This document shows, piece by piece, positions 1 to 9,887 of a stretch of 54,316 nucleotides of DNA (position 1 is its first letter; each line of letters starts with the position of its first letter). Under the pieces are notes generated by a model, which saw nothing but the letters and a program-made list of their open reading frames with translations, had not been told where the DNA came from and made no database searches. This stretch comes from a virus. Lineage: Duplodnaviria; Caudoviricetes. The position numbers were made by a program, and so were the translations under genes. The DNA lies in the IMG/VR virus record IMGVR_UViG_3300029258_005835, positions 1-54,316 of that record; one strand, written 5' to 3'.

Positions 1-486
1 GTCCGTGTAGGTGCGCTTGCCCAGCTCGGAGTTCTCGAAGCAGGTCACAGCACAGGTGAGGACGTTGGTATCCCCGATGCCCATGCGGGTCAGGGTATCC
101 ACTACCTCGTCCGCCATATCCTGTACCTGCTCGAGGGTGGCATCGGGAGCGTACTCAGGGTAGCCGTAAAAGGTTTTCAACCCGAAGTACCGTGTCCAGC
201 CGACTTGGAGCACCCTATCATGCGAGTAGAAGAAGTGGTGTCCCTCGACATCTACAGCAGGGTCGCGCTCCGCTATCCTGTCGAGCAGGGCATGGTCGAT
301 TTTCCGCAGGATAGGGGCGACCGCCTCATCCACGTCCATGAACACACGGATGGTGTCCCTGCTGCTGTACCGGAGAAACGCCAGTATATCCCGCAGATCA
401 GCGGAGACGATGGACTTCCCCTCGCTGGATTGGATGGCGAGGAAGCCGCTCCCGAGGTCGAGCAGCTCATAGGCGGTGATCCTCAT
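1..486 (-). CDS. Partial CDS running off the window start; hypothetical, possibly the N-terminus of a larger enzyme
   Basis: Manual translation MRITAYELLDLGSGFLAIQSSEGK...ELGKRTYTD, 162 open codons. ATGA overlap with the stop of 483..1022. Absent from the ORF track because it has no stop in the window. Confidence 0.7.
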   Translation of the reverse strand, partial: MRITAYELLDLGSGFLAIQSSEGKSIVSADLRDILAFLRYSSRDTIRVFMDVDEAVAPILRKIDHALLDRIAERDPAVDVEGHHFFYSHDRVLQVGWTRYFGLKTFYGYPEYAPDATLEQVQDMADEVVDTLTRMGIGDTNVLTCAVTCFENSELGKRTYTD

Positions 487-1022
487 AATCCCGCCCTTCG
501 CATCGCGACCTCCGGCACTTTGCCGCCGAGCCGTAGTATCTGCGGGACCAGCTGCGGAGCGCGCCTTGGCTCCTTCTTCAACGTCTCTTTGAGTTGGTGT
601 ATCCATCGCATCCGGTGTGCTCTCATCGAGGGGGATTCCTTCTCACCGCCGCGTTTGGTGTCTTTCCGCCTCCCGCCCTTCGTGTACCGCAGTTCCTCTG
701 GTAGGGTGTACGATACGCGGTCTACCCAGTCCCATGGGCTAATAACCCGTCGCATCTTGTAGTCGAATGTGGTCAGGTCTTTGCTCCTGTACCATGCATA
801 GACAGCGCGCGTGAAGCCCTCGTAGAACCCGCGAGTCCCCGGCTCCAAGTCGGGGTTGAATCGGCGGAAGCGGTTATAGAACAGTTGGCGGCTGCCGGTC
901 ATCCGTCTGACCTCGGTGTACCTCAAGGATTTGAACTTGGAGAACTCTCGTGCTTCCTCTGGTAGGAAGTGGCGCCGTATCAGCTCTCGGTAGCGGAGGG
1001 AGCGTTTGGATACTCTAGCCAT
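483..1022 (-). CDS. Basic (Arg-rich) hypothetical protein
   Basis: 179-aa ORF overlapping both neighbours in a leftward operon. Confidence 0.65.
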   Translation of the reverse strand: MARVSKRSLRYRELIRRHFLPEEAREFSKFKSLRYTEVRRMTGSRQLFYNRFRRFNPDLEPGTRGFYEGFTRAVYAWYRSKDLTTFDYKMRRVISPWDWVDRVSYTLPEELRYTKGGRRKDTKRGGEKESPSMRAHRMRWIHQLKETLKKEPRRAPQLVPQILRLGGKVPEVAMRRAGL

Positions 1023-1248
1023 GGTTCTTGCTCCTCGCTTTTCTGGCGACGGTCCTCAACCGCTCGCTCGCCAGCTTGGATGGTCTGCTCTTGCCTGTTT
1101 CCCAACGGCTGACGGTGGAGATGGATACGCCTAGCAGGGTTGCCAGTTCTTGGCCGGTCAGCCCCAGGCGTTTCCTTGCCGACTTGAGTTCAAGCGGGGA
1201 TAGTCCTGCTAGTCCCGCGAAGCCTTCTGGGGTAATGCGGACACCCAC
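1015..1248 (-). CDS. XRE/Cro-like HTH transcriptional regulator
   Basis: RKRLGLTGQELATLLGVSISTVSRWETGKSRP is a canonical HTH_3 pattern; GGAGG RBS upstream. Confidence 0.9.
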   Translation of the reverse strand: MGVRITPEGFAGLAGLSPLELKSARKRLGLTGQELATLLGVSISTVSRWETGKSRPSKLASERLRTVARKARSKNHG

Positions 1249-1268
1249 GGCTTACCTCCTGACGAGGT

Positions 1269-1297
1269 AGTGTATCAGATGATTAACCATTTGTCAA
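1269..1297 (-). promoter_or_regulatory. Leftward sigma70-type promoter
   Basis: Minus strand TTGACA-N17-TACACT with TGn extended -10, just upstream of the HTH gene. Confidence 0.7.
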
Positions 1298-1381
1298 ATC
1301 GACAGCGCCGCTTTTAACACCAGTACACCAGTGTACCAGCGTACCAGTACACAGGCTTTTTTGCGGAACCTGCAACGGGGG

Positions 1382-1410
1382 TTGACAAAGCGGGCTAGAT
1401 GTGGTAGTGT
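1382..1410 (+). promoter_or_regulatory. Rightward sigma70-type promoter (divergent switch region)
   Basis: TTGACA-N17-TAGTGT with TGn; short GTAC(A)CA repeats at 1320-1352 between the two promoters may be operators. Confidence 0.55.
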
Positions 1411-1577
1411 GCCGCCACACGCTCGTATAGGGTGTTATAAAAGGCCACGATGGGCGAGCACGCAGCACGATCAGGAATGACCAGCACGCAACACGAGCAC
1501 GCAACACGGGCACTGGTATAGGCCACGATGGGAGCGCACTAGCGAAGGGCACGACCGGCGAGTGCGACGGAGGGGAA

Positions 1578-1817
1578 ATGGCGGTGATACTGCGATCCGG
1601 CAAGACCAAGCTGATGCGGGCGAAGGAAGCGGAGCTGAAGATGCCGCTGAAACGGGCTATCGGCGAGGCATTCGAGCGCACGCAGTCCCTCCCAGCTGTG
1701 GCCGCAGAGCTGCGCATTAACGAACGCACACTGTACAACTGGATGCCCCGATTGGGCATCACGGTCAAGGTGACGCTGGTTGGTATCGAGGACGATAACG
1801 GTAAGAATGGCCACTAG
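1578..1817 (+). CDS. Small HTH DNA-binding protein
   Basis: SLPAVAAELRINERTLYNWMPRLGI HTH pattern; GGAGG RBS. Confidence 0.75.
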   Translation: MAVILRSGKTKLMRAKEAELKMPLKRAIGEAFERTQSLPAVAAELRINERTLYNWMPRLGITVKVTLVGIEDDNGKNGH

Positions 1818-2027
1818 AACACGGGGGCAGATATGAAGAAGAACCCTGGGCGTAGGGAGCGGCGGATGGAGTCGCGACAGAGTGTGGACCGGAACGGGGT
1901 GTCGCACAGTCGGCACTACCGAGGGTGCCTGCATTTGAGTGAGTACCCTGACCGCGGCTCGCGGCGCAAGATGTTGGGGTTGTCGAAACAACCGTCGTAG
2001 GAGGCGAGAATATAAGGGGGTAGAACC

Positions 2028-2270
2028 ATGTCCCACCAATGCGTACTACCGAGTGAGGCACCCTACTGCACAGCGTGCGGACGCCGCCTGTTTTTGGAGC
2101 GAGAAGTCCAAGATAGGCGGCCTGTTTATTTCTGGTACTGCGCTACGGGGTGCAGCCGCCGCTACCCGTTCATATTGCCGAATGGTAACAACGGGAGCGG
2201 CAACGGGAGCAACGGTAACGGGGGCAACGGGGGAGTGGCCCACCAGCAGTCCCTTGCGGTCGTCGCATAG
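2028..2270 (+). CDS. Small Cys-rich (Zn-finger-like) protein
   Basis: CTAC...CATGC with a GN-repeat tail; AAGGGG RBS. Confidence 0.5.
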   Translation: MSHQCVLPSEAPYCTACGRRLFLEREVQDRRPVYFWYCATGCSRRYPFILPNGNNGSGNGSNGNGGNGGVAHQQSLAVVA

Positions 2271-2295
2271 CCGGAATCTAGGAAGGATCACCGCG

Positions 2296-4413
2296 ATGCT
2301 GGATCGGATTGAGCCGCAGTTCGGGGAGAACGCACAGAAGGTGCTGTGCAAGCGCTATCTTCGTAGATTAGACAGCAACCGCGATCCCTGTCCTCACTGT
2401 GGTGTATACCACGAGACACCAGCGGAGATGATCGACAGGGTCACGTTCGGCAACGACCATTACTACAATCTCTTGGCGAGCCTCGACTTCCTTCCTGGCA
2501 GCCCTACCCTGTTCAATGTTGGTACAGGGACAGGAACGAGCAGTAGCTGCTTCAAATTCGACGTCGCCGACAGCATGGAAAGTATCATGGACGTCGCGCG
2601 CAAGGCAGCGTTCGTGTTGAAGTGGGGAGGCGGCACAGGGTACGTGCTGTCGGCTCTCCGGCCAGAAGGCGCACCGATCGCGACTACTCACGGCAAGGCG
2701 TGTGGCCCGATAGCCGTGTTGCGGTTGTACCACGCTATCGCTCAGATGGTGACTCAGGGCGGCAAGCGGGCTGGAGCGCAGATGGCAGTGTTGCATTGTG
2801 AGCACCCAGACGTGGAGAAGTTTATCCGGTGCAAGGCGGATAGTCAGGACGCGCTTACTACTTTCAACATCTCAGTCGCTTGTACAAACGACTTCATGGA
2901 GGCGGCGGCGCGGTATTACCACAATCGGGAGGCGCCTGTTCCTCGAGAGTACGATCTCCTTGCACAGATGGCTGATAATGCGTGGAAGTATGGTGATCCG
3001 GGCTGCTTTTTCATCGACGCTGCGGAGGCAAGCAACCCAACACCGTGGTTGGGTCAGTTGACGGGCACGAACCCCTGCGGGGAAGTCCCACTGCTCGACA
3101 ACGAGCCGTGCAATCTCGGTAGCATCAATCTCAGCCACATGCTCGAGTACTACACCGACGGGACCGTTAGGGGATTCGATGTGACCAAGCTGGAGGATAC
3201 AGCTAGGTTGGCGGTGCGGTATTTGGACAAGGTATTGGACCTCAACCTGTTCCCTGATCCGGTTATCACTGAGGCGGCGTTGTGCACGCGGAAGCTGGGT
3301 TTGGGCGTCATGGGTTGGGCAGACGCGTTGGCTATGCTCCAGATGAGTTACGCCTCCGAGGATGCGCTGGTGGTCGCCGATGTGGTGATGCAGACTATCC
3401 AGAAAGCTGCTCACGATGAGAGCGTCAAACTCGGGGCGGAGAAGGGCTGCTACCCTGCCTACATAGGCACTAGCGGAGAGGGCCTTCGAGCGGAGCGAAG
3501 GAATGCGGCTTTGACTTGCATTGCTCCCTCTGGGTCTATCAGCGTTCTCGCTGGGTGCAGTAGCGGGATAGAACCTCACTTCACACTCGATGGATACCGT
3601 GCGCTGGGTGATGGGACTCGGCTGGAAGAGAAGCCGCAGGTCGACTTTGGGGAGTATCGTCCTCTGACTGCGCTCGAGATACCGTGGGAGTGGCATATTC
3701 GGCACCAAGCTATGTTTCAGAAGCACACTGATCTTGCTGTCAGCAAGACAGTCAATCTGCCCGAGGACGCAACTGAGGCTGACGTGCTCGGTGCCTACAT
3801 CATGGCGTGGGAGTCAGGGTGCAAGGGAGTCACGGTCTACCGGAACATGAGCCGCGACAGGCAAGTCATTGTGGGCGCGGATGAGTTAGACCACCTCCAC
3901 GGTCACGTCCTGTCTCCTGCCTCTGTCATGGCGTCTAGTGAGATTTCACGAAACGGGCGGCGCAAGATGCCCATTGATGCTACCAGCATCCGGCACAAGT
4001 TCAGTGTCAGTGGGATGGAGGGTTATCTCCATGTGGGTCTCTATCCCGATGGTTCTCCCGGGGAAGTGTTCATTACTGGGACAAAGCAGGGGTCGACTAT
4101 CAACGGTCTCATGGATGCAGTAGCCGTCCTGACGAGTATTGCTCTACAGTACGGTGTTCCTGTTGAGTCTCTTGTCAACAAGATGCGGGGGACTCGGTTT
4201 GAGCCTAGCGGTTTCACTGAGAATCAGGACATACCGAACGCGTCATCGGTGCTGGACTATATCTATAGGTTCTTAGGCAGACGGTTCATCGAGACCGATG
4301 GCAAGCTGGAGCAGCTGAACTCCGGTATGCTCTGCCCCGATTGTGGAGCGGAGGCCGTCTTGCAGGAAGGTTGCCTGACGTGCAGCAGAGGGTGTGGCTG
4401 GTCGAGGTGCTAG
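2296..4413 (+). CDS. nrdJ: Class II (adenosylcobalamin-dependent) ribonucleotide reductase
   Basis: FLPGSPTLFN, SSCF, GGGTG, TNPCGE, CNLGSINL, IAPSGSIS, KGVTVYR motifs; C-terminal TSCPD-like domain and CPDC...CGWSRC tail. Start moved to ATG 2296 (AGGAAGG upstream). Confidence 0.95.
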   Translation: MLDRIEPQFGENAQKVLCKRYLRRLDSNRDPCPHCGVYHETPAEMIDRVTFGNDHYYNLLASLDFLPGSPTLFNVGTGTGTSSSCFKFDVADSMESIMDVARKAAFVLKWGGGTGYVLSALRPEGAPIATTHGKACGPIAVLRLYHAIAQMVTQGGKRAGAQMAVLHCEHPDVEKFIRCKADSQDALTTFNISVACTNDFMEAAARYYHNREAPVPREYDLLAQMADNAWKYGDPGCFFIDAAEASNPTPWLGQLTGTNPCGEVPLLDNEPCNLGSINLSHMLEYYTDGTVRGFDVTKLEDTARLAVRYLDKVLDLNLFPDPVITEAALCTRKLGLGVMGWADALAMLQMSYASEDALVVADVVMQTIQKAAHDESVKLGAEKGCYPAYIGTSGEGLRAERRNAALTCIAPSGSISVLAGCSSGIEPHFTLDGYRALGDGTRLEEKPQVDFGEYRPLTALEIPWEWHIRHQAMFQKHTDLAVSKTVNLPEDATEADVLGAYIMAWESGCKGVTVYRNMSRDRQVIVGADELDHLHGHVLSPASVMASSEISRNGRRKMPIDATSIRHKFSVSGMEGYLHVGLYPDGSPGEVFITGTKQGSTINGLMDAVAVLTSIALQYGVPVESLVNKMRGTRFEPSGFTENQDIPNASSVLDYIYRFLGRRFIETDGKLEQLNSGMLCPDCGAEAVLQEGCLTCSRGCGWSRC

Positions 4414-4437
4414 TTTCACTTGGAAAGGGGCCGCAGT

Positions 4438-4941
4438 ATGCCGTACAAAGCCCCGTATAGTGGCCAGCCGGAGAAGATGAAGCGGTGGCGCCGCGCGTAC
4501 GATCGCACTCGGCGGCATGGTGCGAACTGGAGGCAGATAATCAACGACCAGGACGGGCTGTGCGCGATCTGCCGAGAGAGAATGATCGCGCACTTCCACG
4601 AGCCGTTCGGTGAGGACCACAACGGGAACGGGAACATGCAGCAGCGGATCGGGTTGTGTGTGTCTTGCCACAAGTGGCAGGACGAGGAGCACATGGGGTT
4701 ACTCACGAACTGGCCGGGGAACTCCAGTATGCACGTGGTGGATGTGCTGGCGGAGCAGCGGGAGTGCGGCAGCTACGTGAAGTGGTGCGAGAAGTACGGA
4801 GTCGCCCCGAAGGTCGGGGGCATATTCTCGCAGTTCGTGTGGCCGAATGGCAACGGCGGGACGCAGCTGGAGATGCTGGATGTGATGGTGGTGGAGTGTA
4901 GAGCCAACCCTGAATCGAGAGAGGGGAGTACTAGCCAATGA
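4438..4941 (+). CDS. HNH-like endonuclease
   Basis: CAIC...HFHEP...LCVSCH Zn-binding HNH pattern. Confidence 0.6.
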   Translation: MPYKAPYSGQPEKMKRWRRAYDRTRRHGANWRQIINDQDGLCAICRERMIAHFHEPFGEDHNGNGNMQQRIGLCVSCHKWQDEEHMGLLTNWPGNSSMHVVDVLAEQRECGSYVKWCEKYGVAPKVGGIFSQFVWPNGNGGTQLEMLDVMVVECRANPESREGSTSQ

Positions 4942-5630
4942 CAAAGGCACTAGAGAAGGCAAGCAGCGGCGCTGAGACGGGCGACAAAGTAGCAGAGAGT
5001 AGACCGAGGACCGTATCCATATCCCCAGCCTCAATGACCGACTCAGTAGCCGACTGGCCGCTGCACCGCGTCATTGAGCATCTCCGGCAGAAGGAGAAAG
5101 CGGACAAGGACGCCATCCAGCCCGTCCGTCTCCACTGCCGGTCAACAATCAAGTCCCTAGTGGACGTCATAGACTCACTGGCGAAGCGATACGACACATC
5201 ACGCAACCGCCTGTGCCGCTGGATGTCCTACCACGCTGCCTACTTCGCGCGGGAGGACGCGACTATCACCAAGCTGACGGGGGTACAGTCGCTGGTCCGT
5301 GACCTGTGCCTGATGGATGACGATACGGACACGCTGGACATCATGAACAGCCTTACTCCGTACGCGCCTCGCGTGGTGGATGAGAACACAGCTCACCTCT
5401 ACCTCTACGACGCGTGGGTAGCTTCCGATTTCGACGATATGGCGCGCGTCTGTGGTGTCTACCGCTACCGGATAGTCCAAGTGTATCTTATCAAATCCAT
5501 TCTATCAGGCGACTCCGCGCAGTTCGGCGAGACGGCAAACCGTCTGGTGTCCGAGGCCCACAGGTGGGATACATGGATGCAATTCCGGCTGGGGGCGCTG
5601 GAGACGCTGGTGGAGCGGAAGGAAAAGTAG
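4938..5630 (+). CDS. Hypothetical protein, possibly DNA-binding, next to the repeat cluster
   Basis: 230-aa ORF with RBS and ATGA overlap; IDSLAKRYDTSRNRL resembles a ribbon-helix-helix segment. Confidence 0.6.
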   Translation: MTKALEKASSGAETGDKVAESRPRTVSISPASMTDSVADWPLHRVIEHLRQKEKADKDAIQPVRLHCRSTIKSLVDVIDSLAKRYDTSRNRLCRWMSYHAAYFAREDATITKLTGVQSLVRDLCLMDDDTDTLDIMNSLTPYAPRVVDENTAHLYLYDAWVASDFDDMARVCGVYRYRIVQVYLIKSILSGDSAQFGETANRLVSEAHRWDTWMQFRLGALETLVERKEK

Positions 5631-5638
5631 GGTGCATT

Positions 5639-5910
5639 TTGACCCACAATCCCACGGTGTGTGTTTGTGGGTCAACGGGGGTTGCAGGGGGGGTCTGCTG
5701 GGGGGTCGACGGGGGGTGCAAGGAGGTCAACGCATGGTGAAATCTGACACACAAACACACGGTGCGGGTCTGTGGGTCAGCGGATTTGACACACAATCCC
5801 ACGGTGCGGGTTTGTGTGATGACACACAAACACACGGTGTAACTGACACACAAACACACAGTACTCCTTACGCGTGCGCGCGCGTATAAGTACCTTATAG
5901 ATATTAAGAT
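5639..5910. repeat. Iteron-like repeat cluster followed by an AT-rich stretch; putative replication origin
   Basis: TGAC(A/C)CACAA(A/T)C(A/C)CAC(G/A)GT at about 5640, 5745, 5787, 5820 and 5844, plus inverted copies, then TATAAGTACCTTATAGATATTAAGATTTT. Confidence 0.7.
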
Positions 5911-6441
5911 TTTGTCTGTTGAGACTGGGACGGCCAAAAACAGCGAAAATCAGCGGAAATTGAAGGGGGCCGAAAAATGAGCGAGCAAAAAGAGACATAC
6001 CGGACGGGCAGGGTCGGCGTGCTGGACGCGCCGACGGATGCGGGGGCACCGGAGGACGTGATAACGCCGGAGGAGCACGCAGTGCTGGAGAAGGAGTGGT
6101 TGGCGGCGAAGTCCGCTGGGGAAACCAACCAGCGCTGGAGGTGGCCGTCTGCGGAGCGCCTGCTGGCGGCTCGGGCAACCCGCGGGAATCACGGGTACAG
6201 ATTTGGCCTGTAGGGTTGTAGCGGTGATAGAGGTAGTGAACAACCAGCGCCTAGAAAGCGATTCTTGCTGGGGCAAGGGAGAAAAAGGCGAAGGTGAATC
6301 AATATCGAGTGCTGGATCAGCCAAGGAGTCAGCAAGTGCGGCGCGGGGAAGATCAACGGGTGAGCGCTGGCACCCGCCTCGCGTCTCACGCCTACAGCAA
6401 CCACAGCGGCCACACGGCTTGCTAGAGGAGGGAACCGTCCG

Positions 6442-8034
6442 ATGGTAACGGTGACAACAGAACGACCATCCCCTGCCCAGCTCCTCGGCCTGAGCAGCGG
6501 GTTCGACAGCTTCTACCCGGGGCAGTACGAACTCCTCGAGGAGTCACTGAGCTGGTACGACTCTCCGTCCCGCTTCCTTGGTGTGGCAGCCGCGACGGGA
6601 TCAGGAAAGTCTCTGTCGAGTATCTTGCTGGCCAAACTGTCCGGTGCCCGCACGGTCATCGTCACTGCTACAAAGGGACTCCAAATGCAATATATGCGGG
6701 ATTGCGCTCAACTCGGCGGCGTCCTCGTGAAGGGGCAGAACAATTTTCCCTGCGCCCTCGTCCGCGGCCTCCGCGCCGACGAAGGGCCATGTCACGACGG
6801 AGTCCCCTGTCCGGTTCGGGATCAGTGCCTCTACCGCATCCAGCTCCGAAAGGCACTGGCCTCGCAACTCGTCGTGACCAACTACGCCTACTGGCTCGCG
6901 CAGTCTAATTTCTCAACCGGCCTTGGCGAGGTGGGTCTGCTCATCTTGGACGAAGCCCACCAGGCTTTTGCGGCGATGGAGAACCATCTCACCGTATACC
7001 TCGCACGGCTCGACCTCCAGCCTATCGGCTTGTCCTTCCCCAGCGCCGAGCAGTGGTCCGCATGGCGGACGTGGGCTGGGGCCGCAGTCCCCGTCGCGGA
7101 AGAGCACTTGGCCTCTGTGGAGTGCGATGTACGGCAGTACCGCACCACGGAGCAATCCGTGCCGGGGCACGTCTCTCGAACCTACCGGAGCGCCAAAGCC
7201 ACGCTGGCGAAGCTGCAACGGCTCACGGCGGTCACGGAGGACTGGGTGATCCAGCGGACCGACCGCGGGTATCGGTTCGTACCCAAGTGGGTCTCCGCAT
7301 ACACGCAGCAGCTCTTGCACGACGTGCCCAAGGTGATGTTGATGTCTGCCATCCTGTCGCACCGATCTGCTGACTATCTGGGAATCCCGAGCGACGGGCA
7401 GCGGTCGTGGGTGGAGATGGACTCTTATTTCCCGGCGGCCAACACCCCGATCTGGCACGTCCCGACTGCGCGGATCAACTACCGTACCGATGACTACGGG
7501 GCGGTGATCTGGTCGTCGCGTATCGACCAGATCATCCAGCGGCGGCTCGACCGCAAGGGCATCATATTCACGGTGAGCTACGACCGGGCCAAGCTGCTCC
7601 TGTCCCGCTCACGGTTCAAGAACATCATGTTCGCGCACAGCAAAGGGGATGTGGTGGAGGTCGTGGAGGCGTTCAAGGCTGCGTCTCCTCCCGCCGTGCT
7701 GGTATCCCCGACCGTCACGACCGGCTGGGACTTTCCTATGGGCGATGGGCCACCGCAGTATATTGTGATTGGGAAGCTCCCCTACCCCGATACTCGAGAC
7801 CCCGTAACCAAGGCGCGACATGACGACGACAAGGAGTGGTCGAGCTACCTCGCCATGGAGACCCTTGTCCAGTCCGCTGGTCGGGCGAGTCGCTCGGAGG
7901 CGGACAAGAGCGAGATTCTAGTCGTGGATGACAATTGGCTCTGGTTCTATCCGAAGCACAAGCTCTTCGCGCCGGAGTGGTTCCGGCGACGGGTGTGTGG
8001 GAGCTTGAAGAGGGTTCCCGATCCGCTCCTCTAG
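6442..8034 (+). CDS. DinG/XPD-like superfamily 2 helicase
   Basis: Q motif YPGQ, AATGSGKS, four Cys of an Fe-S-like cluster, DEAH, GWDF, KLPYP, QSAGRASRS. Confidence 0.92.
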   Translation: MVTVTTERPSPAQLLGLSSGFDSFYPGQYELLEESLSWYDSPSRFLGVAAATGSGKSLSSILLAKLSGARTVIVTATKGLQMQYMRDCAQLGGVLVKGQNNFPCALVRGLRADEGPCHDGVPCPVRDQCLYRIQLRKALASQLVVTNYAYWLAQSNFSTGLGEVGLLILDEAHQAFAAMENHLTVYLARLDLQPIGLSFPSAEQWSAWRTWAGAAVPVAEEHLASVECDVRQYRTTEQSVPGHVSRTYRSAKATLAKLQRLTAVTEDWVIQRTDRGYRFVPKWVSAYTQQLLHDVPKVMLMSAILSHRSADYLGIPSDGQRSWVEMDSYFPAANTPIWHVPTARINYRTDDYGAVIWSSRIDQIIQRRLDRKGIIFTVSYDRAKLLLSRSRFKNIMFAHSKGDVVEVVEAFKAASPPAVLVSPTVTTGWDFPMGDGPPQYIVIGKLPYPDTRDPVTKARHDDDKEWSSYLAMETLVQSAGRASRSEADKSEILVVDDNWLWFYPKHKLFAPEWFRRRVCGSLKRVPDPLL

Positions 8035-8038
8035 GGGC

Positions 8039-8068
8039 TTGACAGCAGCCCCAGTTTGGTGATATAAT
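8039..8068 (+). promoter_or_regulatory. Consensus sigma70-type promoter
   Basis: TTGACA-N18-TATAAT with TGn extension. Confidence 0.8.
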
Positions 8069-8167
8069 CATGAGCACCTCGGTAGACTCGTCTACCACGA
8101 CGGATTGGAGTGACAGGACTATCGTGAGCAGAGTGGACAGAAGGGAATAGCGAAGGGGGGACGAGCG

Positions 8168-8587
8168 GTGATAGCACGCAGGGACGGTAAGCTAGTGGTA
8201 TTGCTCATTTGGGCAGTCATGGGCACGGTGATAGCCGCTGTGTTGGGTGTGGTGCTGGCTTCCACGCCTCCCGTAGTGCCGACCGTGTATATTGAGGAGA
8301 TCGACGACTGGTGGGATGGCATGACGCGCTATACCCAGTTCTGTACCCGCGACGGGGAGGATGTGGAGATAGAGCGGATGCAGTTCGAGTGGCGGCGTGC
8401 TCTCACCGTACCAGCCGCGTTGGTTGACGCTATTTTCACCGACTCGTTAGGGTGTGAAATCTTGGCAGTGTGTGATGCTTACCAAGTAGGGAATGTTACG
8501 CTTTTGAGGAATCACCACCCGATGCTCGATGACTGGTGGACAGTAGTCGTAGGTGCCAGTAACTACAGGGTGGATGATAGTGGATGA
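8168..8587 (+). CDS. Hypothetical protein with N-terminal membrane anchor or signal
   Basis: Hydrophobic LVVLLIWAVMGTVIAAVLGVVLA. Confidence 0.55.
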   Translation: MIARRDGKLVVLLIWAVMGTVIAAVLGVVLASTPPVVPTVYIEEIDDWWDGMTRYTQFCTRDGEDVEIERMQFEWRRALTVPAALVDAIFTDSLGCEILAVCDAYQVGNVTLLRNHHPMLDDWWTVVVGASNYRVDDSG

Positions 8588-8797
8588 TAGTTGCTTCAAG
8601 CTTCACGTCGATCTTGGTGTAGGGAATACGACTATTTGGCTCAGGGTGTCCCAAGACTAGGCAAGTGTAAGGTGGAAGGAGGTGGTCTGTAGGGGTGAAG
8701 TAGAGAACAACATCGTAGACCCGCAGAGGTCGAGGAGGTGGGGGGTGTGTCGAGCAGAGGCGCGGAGAAGCGCGGACAGCACCGGAAGGAGGTGGCG

Positions 8798-8986
8798 GTG
8801 ACAGAGTACCACGTCAGTCTGGCTCTCGACGACGAGCAGAAGAAGCAGCTTCGGCAGCTTGCTCTGGCAAGCGACAAGTCGGTACGAGGGCTAATCACAG
8901 ACCTAGTGGTCGAGGCCATAGATCAAGCCGCCCAGGCGGGGCAAATACCACAGAGGAAGAGGAAAACCAAGAAGGAGGGAAACTAG
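8798..8986 (+). CDS. Ribbon-helix-helix DNA-binding protein
   Basis: YHVSLALDDEQKKQLRQLALASDKSVRGLITDLV; GGAGG before GTG 8798. Confidence 0.7.
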   Translation: MTEYHVSLALDDEQKKQLRQLALASDKSVRGLITDLVVEAIDQAAQAGQIPQRKRKTKKEGN

Positions 8987-8989
8987 ATC

Positions 8990-9742
8990 ATGGGTGGAGT
9001 AAGTATCAGACCCTCGGATTTCGTCGAGGGAGGAGTGGTCCCAGTCGATCGGAACCTGATCTGGGAAGAGTGCCGCTTCGAGTTGTTCGAGTACAAGAAG
9101 AAGGACGGGACGGTCGTGGCCACCACGACTGCGGCGCGGATCAGCTACAAGGACGATGAGGGGCGGGACTACGTGCAGCAGTACAGCGCGTCCGACCCCG
9201 AGCGGTTCCTGCCGTCCGACGACGGGAAGACTCTCGTCCCGCAGGGTGACGCGACGACGCTGAACCTGTCGTGCAACTTCTACCTGCTCCTGAACTCGCT
9301 GGTTAGCGCGGGGTTCCCCGAGGACAAGCTGACCGACGACATCTCGGTGTTGGACGGGTTGTACACCCACAACATCGGCGTGCCGGAACCCAAGCGTGCG
9401 GGGCTGGCGAGGGTGGCAGCAGAGGGCGCGCGCGAGCGCATCCTGTCCGTCCCCGACCAGATTCTGAAGCTCCCGTGGGAGGGAAAGAAGGGCGCCAAGC
9501 CAGCCGCGAAGGCCAAGTCAGCCGCGGCAGAGGGCAACGGTGAGGACGCCACGGCGGCTGCGGTGGCTATCGCTGCGGCCCTGCTCGAGGGAAGCGACTC
9601 CGTGACGCTACAGCAGGTGGCGGCGCAGGCCATCAGGGACAAGAAGCAACCGGCAGCGCAGATCGTGTTCAAAGACGAGTTCCAGGTGGCGCTGATCGAG
9701 GCCGGTATGGTTCTCGAGGACAAGGAGATAACCAAGGCGTAG
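8990..9742 (+). CDS. Hypothetical protein (candidate ssDNA-binding or recombination protein)
   Basis: 250 aa, strong RBS and codon bias, beta-rich N-terminus, lies in the replication module; function is inference. Confidence 0.55.
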   Translation: MGGVSIRPSDFVEGGVVPVDRNLIWEECRFELFEYKKKDGTVVATTTAARISYKDDEGRDYVQQYSASDPERFLPSDDGKTLVPQGDATTLNLSCNFYLLLNSLVSAGFPEDKLTDDISVLDGLYTHNIGVPEPKRAGLARVAAEGARERILSVPDQILKLPWEGKKGAKPAAKAKSAAAEGNGEDATAAAVAIAAALLEGSDSVTLQQVAAQAIRDKKQPAAQIVFKDEFQVALIEAGMVLEDKEITKA

Positions 9743-9887
9743 GCTGCCCGATCATAGGGCAACGCTAGGCAAAGGAGAGCAGCCTGCAATGAGCGCGGGG
9801 TCGCCGACCGAATGGTGAGTGAGAGCGGGGAGTGATGTGAGATGTCGGCGAGAGGGGTCTGGAGGTCGGCGACCCCATGCAGCGTAG

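Noticed and set aside
205-762. 185-aa plus-strand ORF
   Set aside because: Antisense shadow of the coupled minus-strand operon
1939-2295. N-terminal extension of the RNR in the ORF track
   Set aside because: It overlaps a more plausible small gene (2028..2270); RNR-like sequence and an RBS begin at ATG 2296
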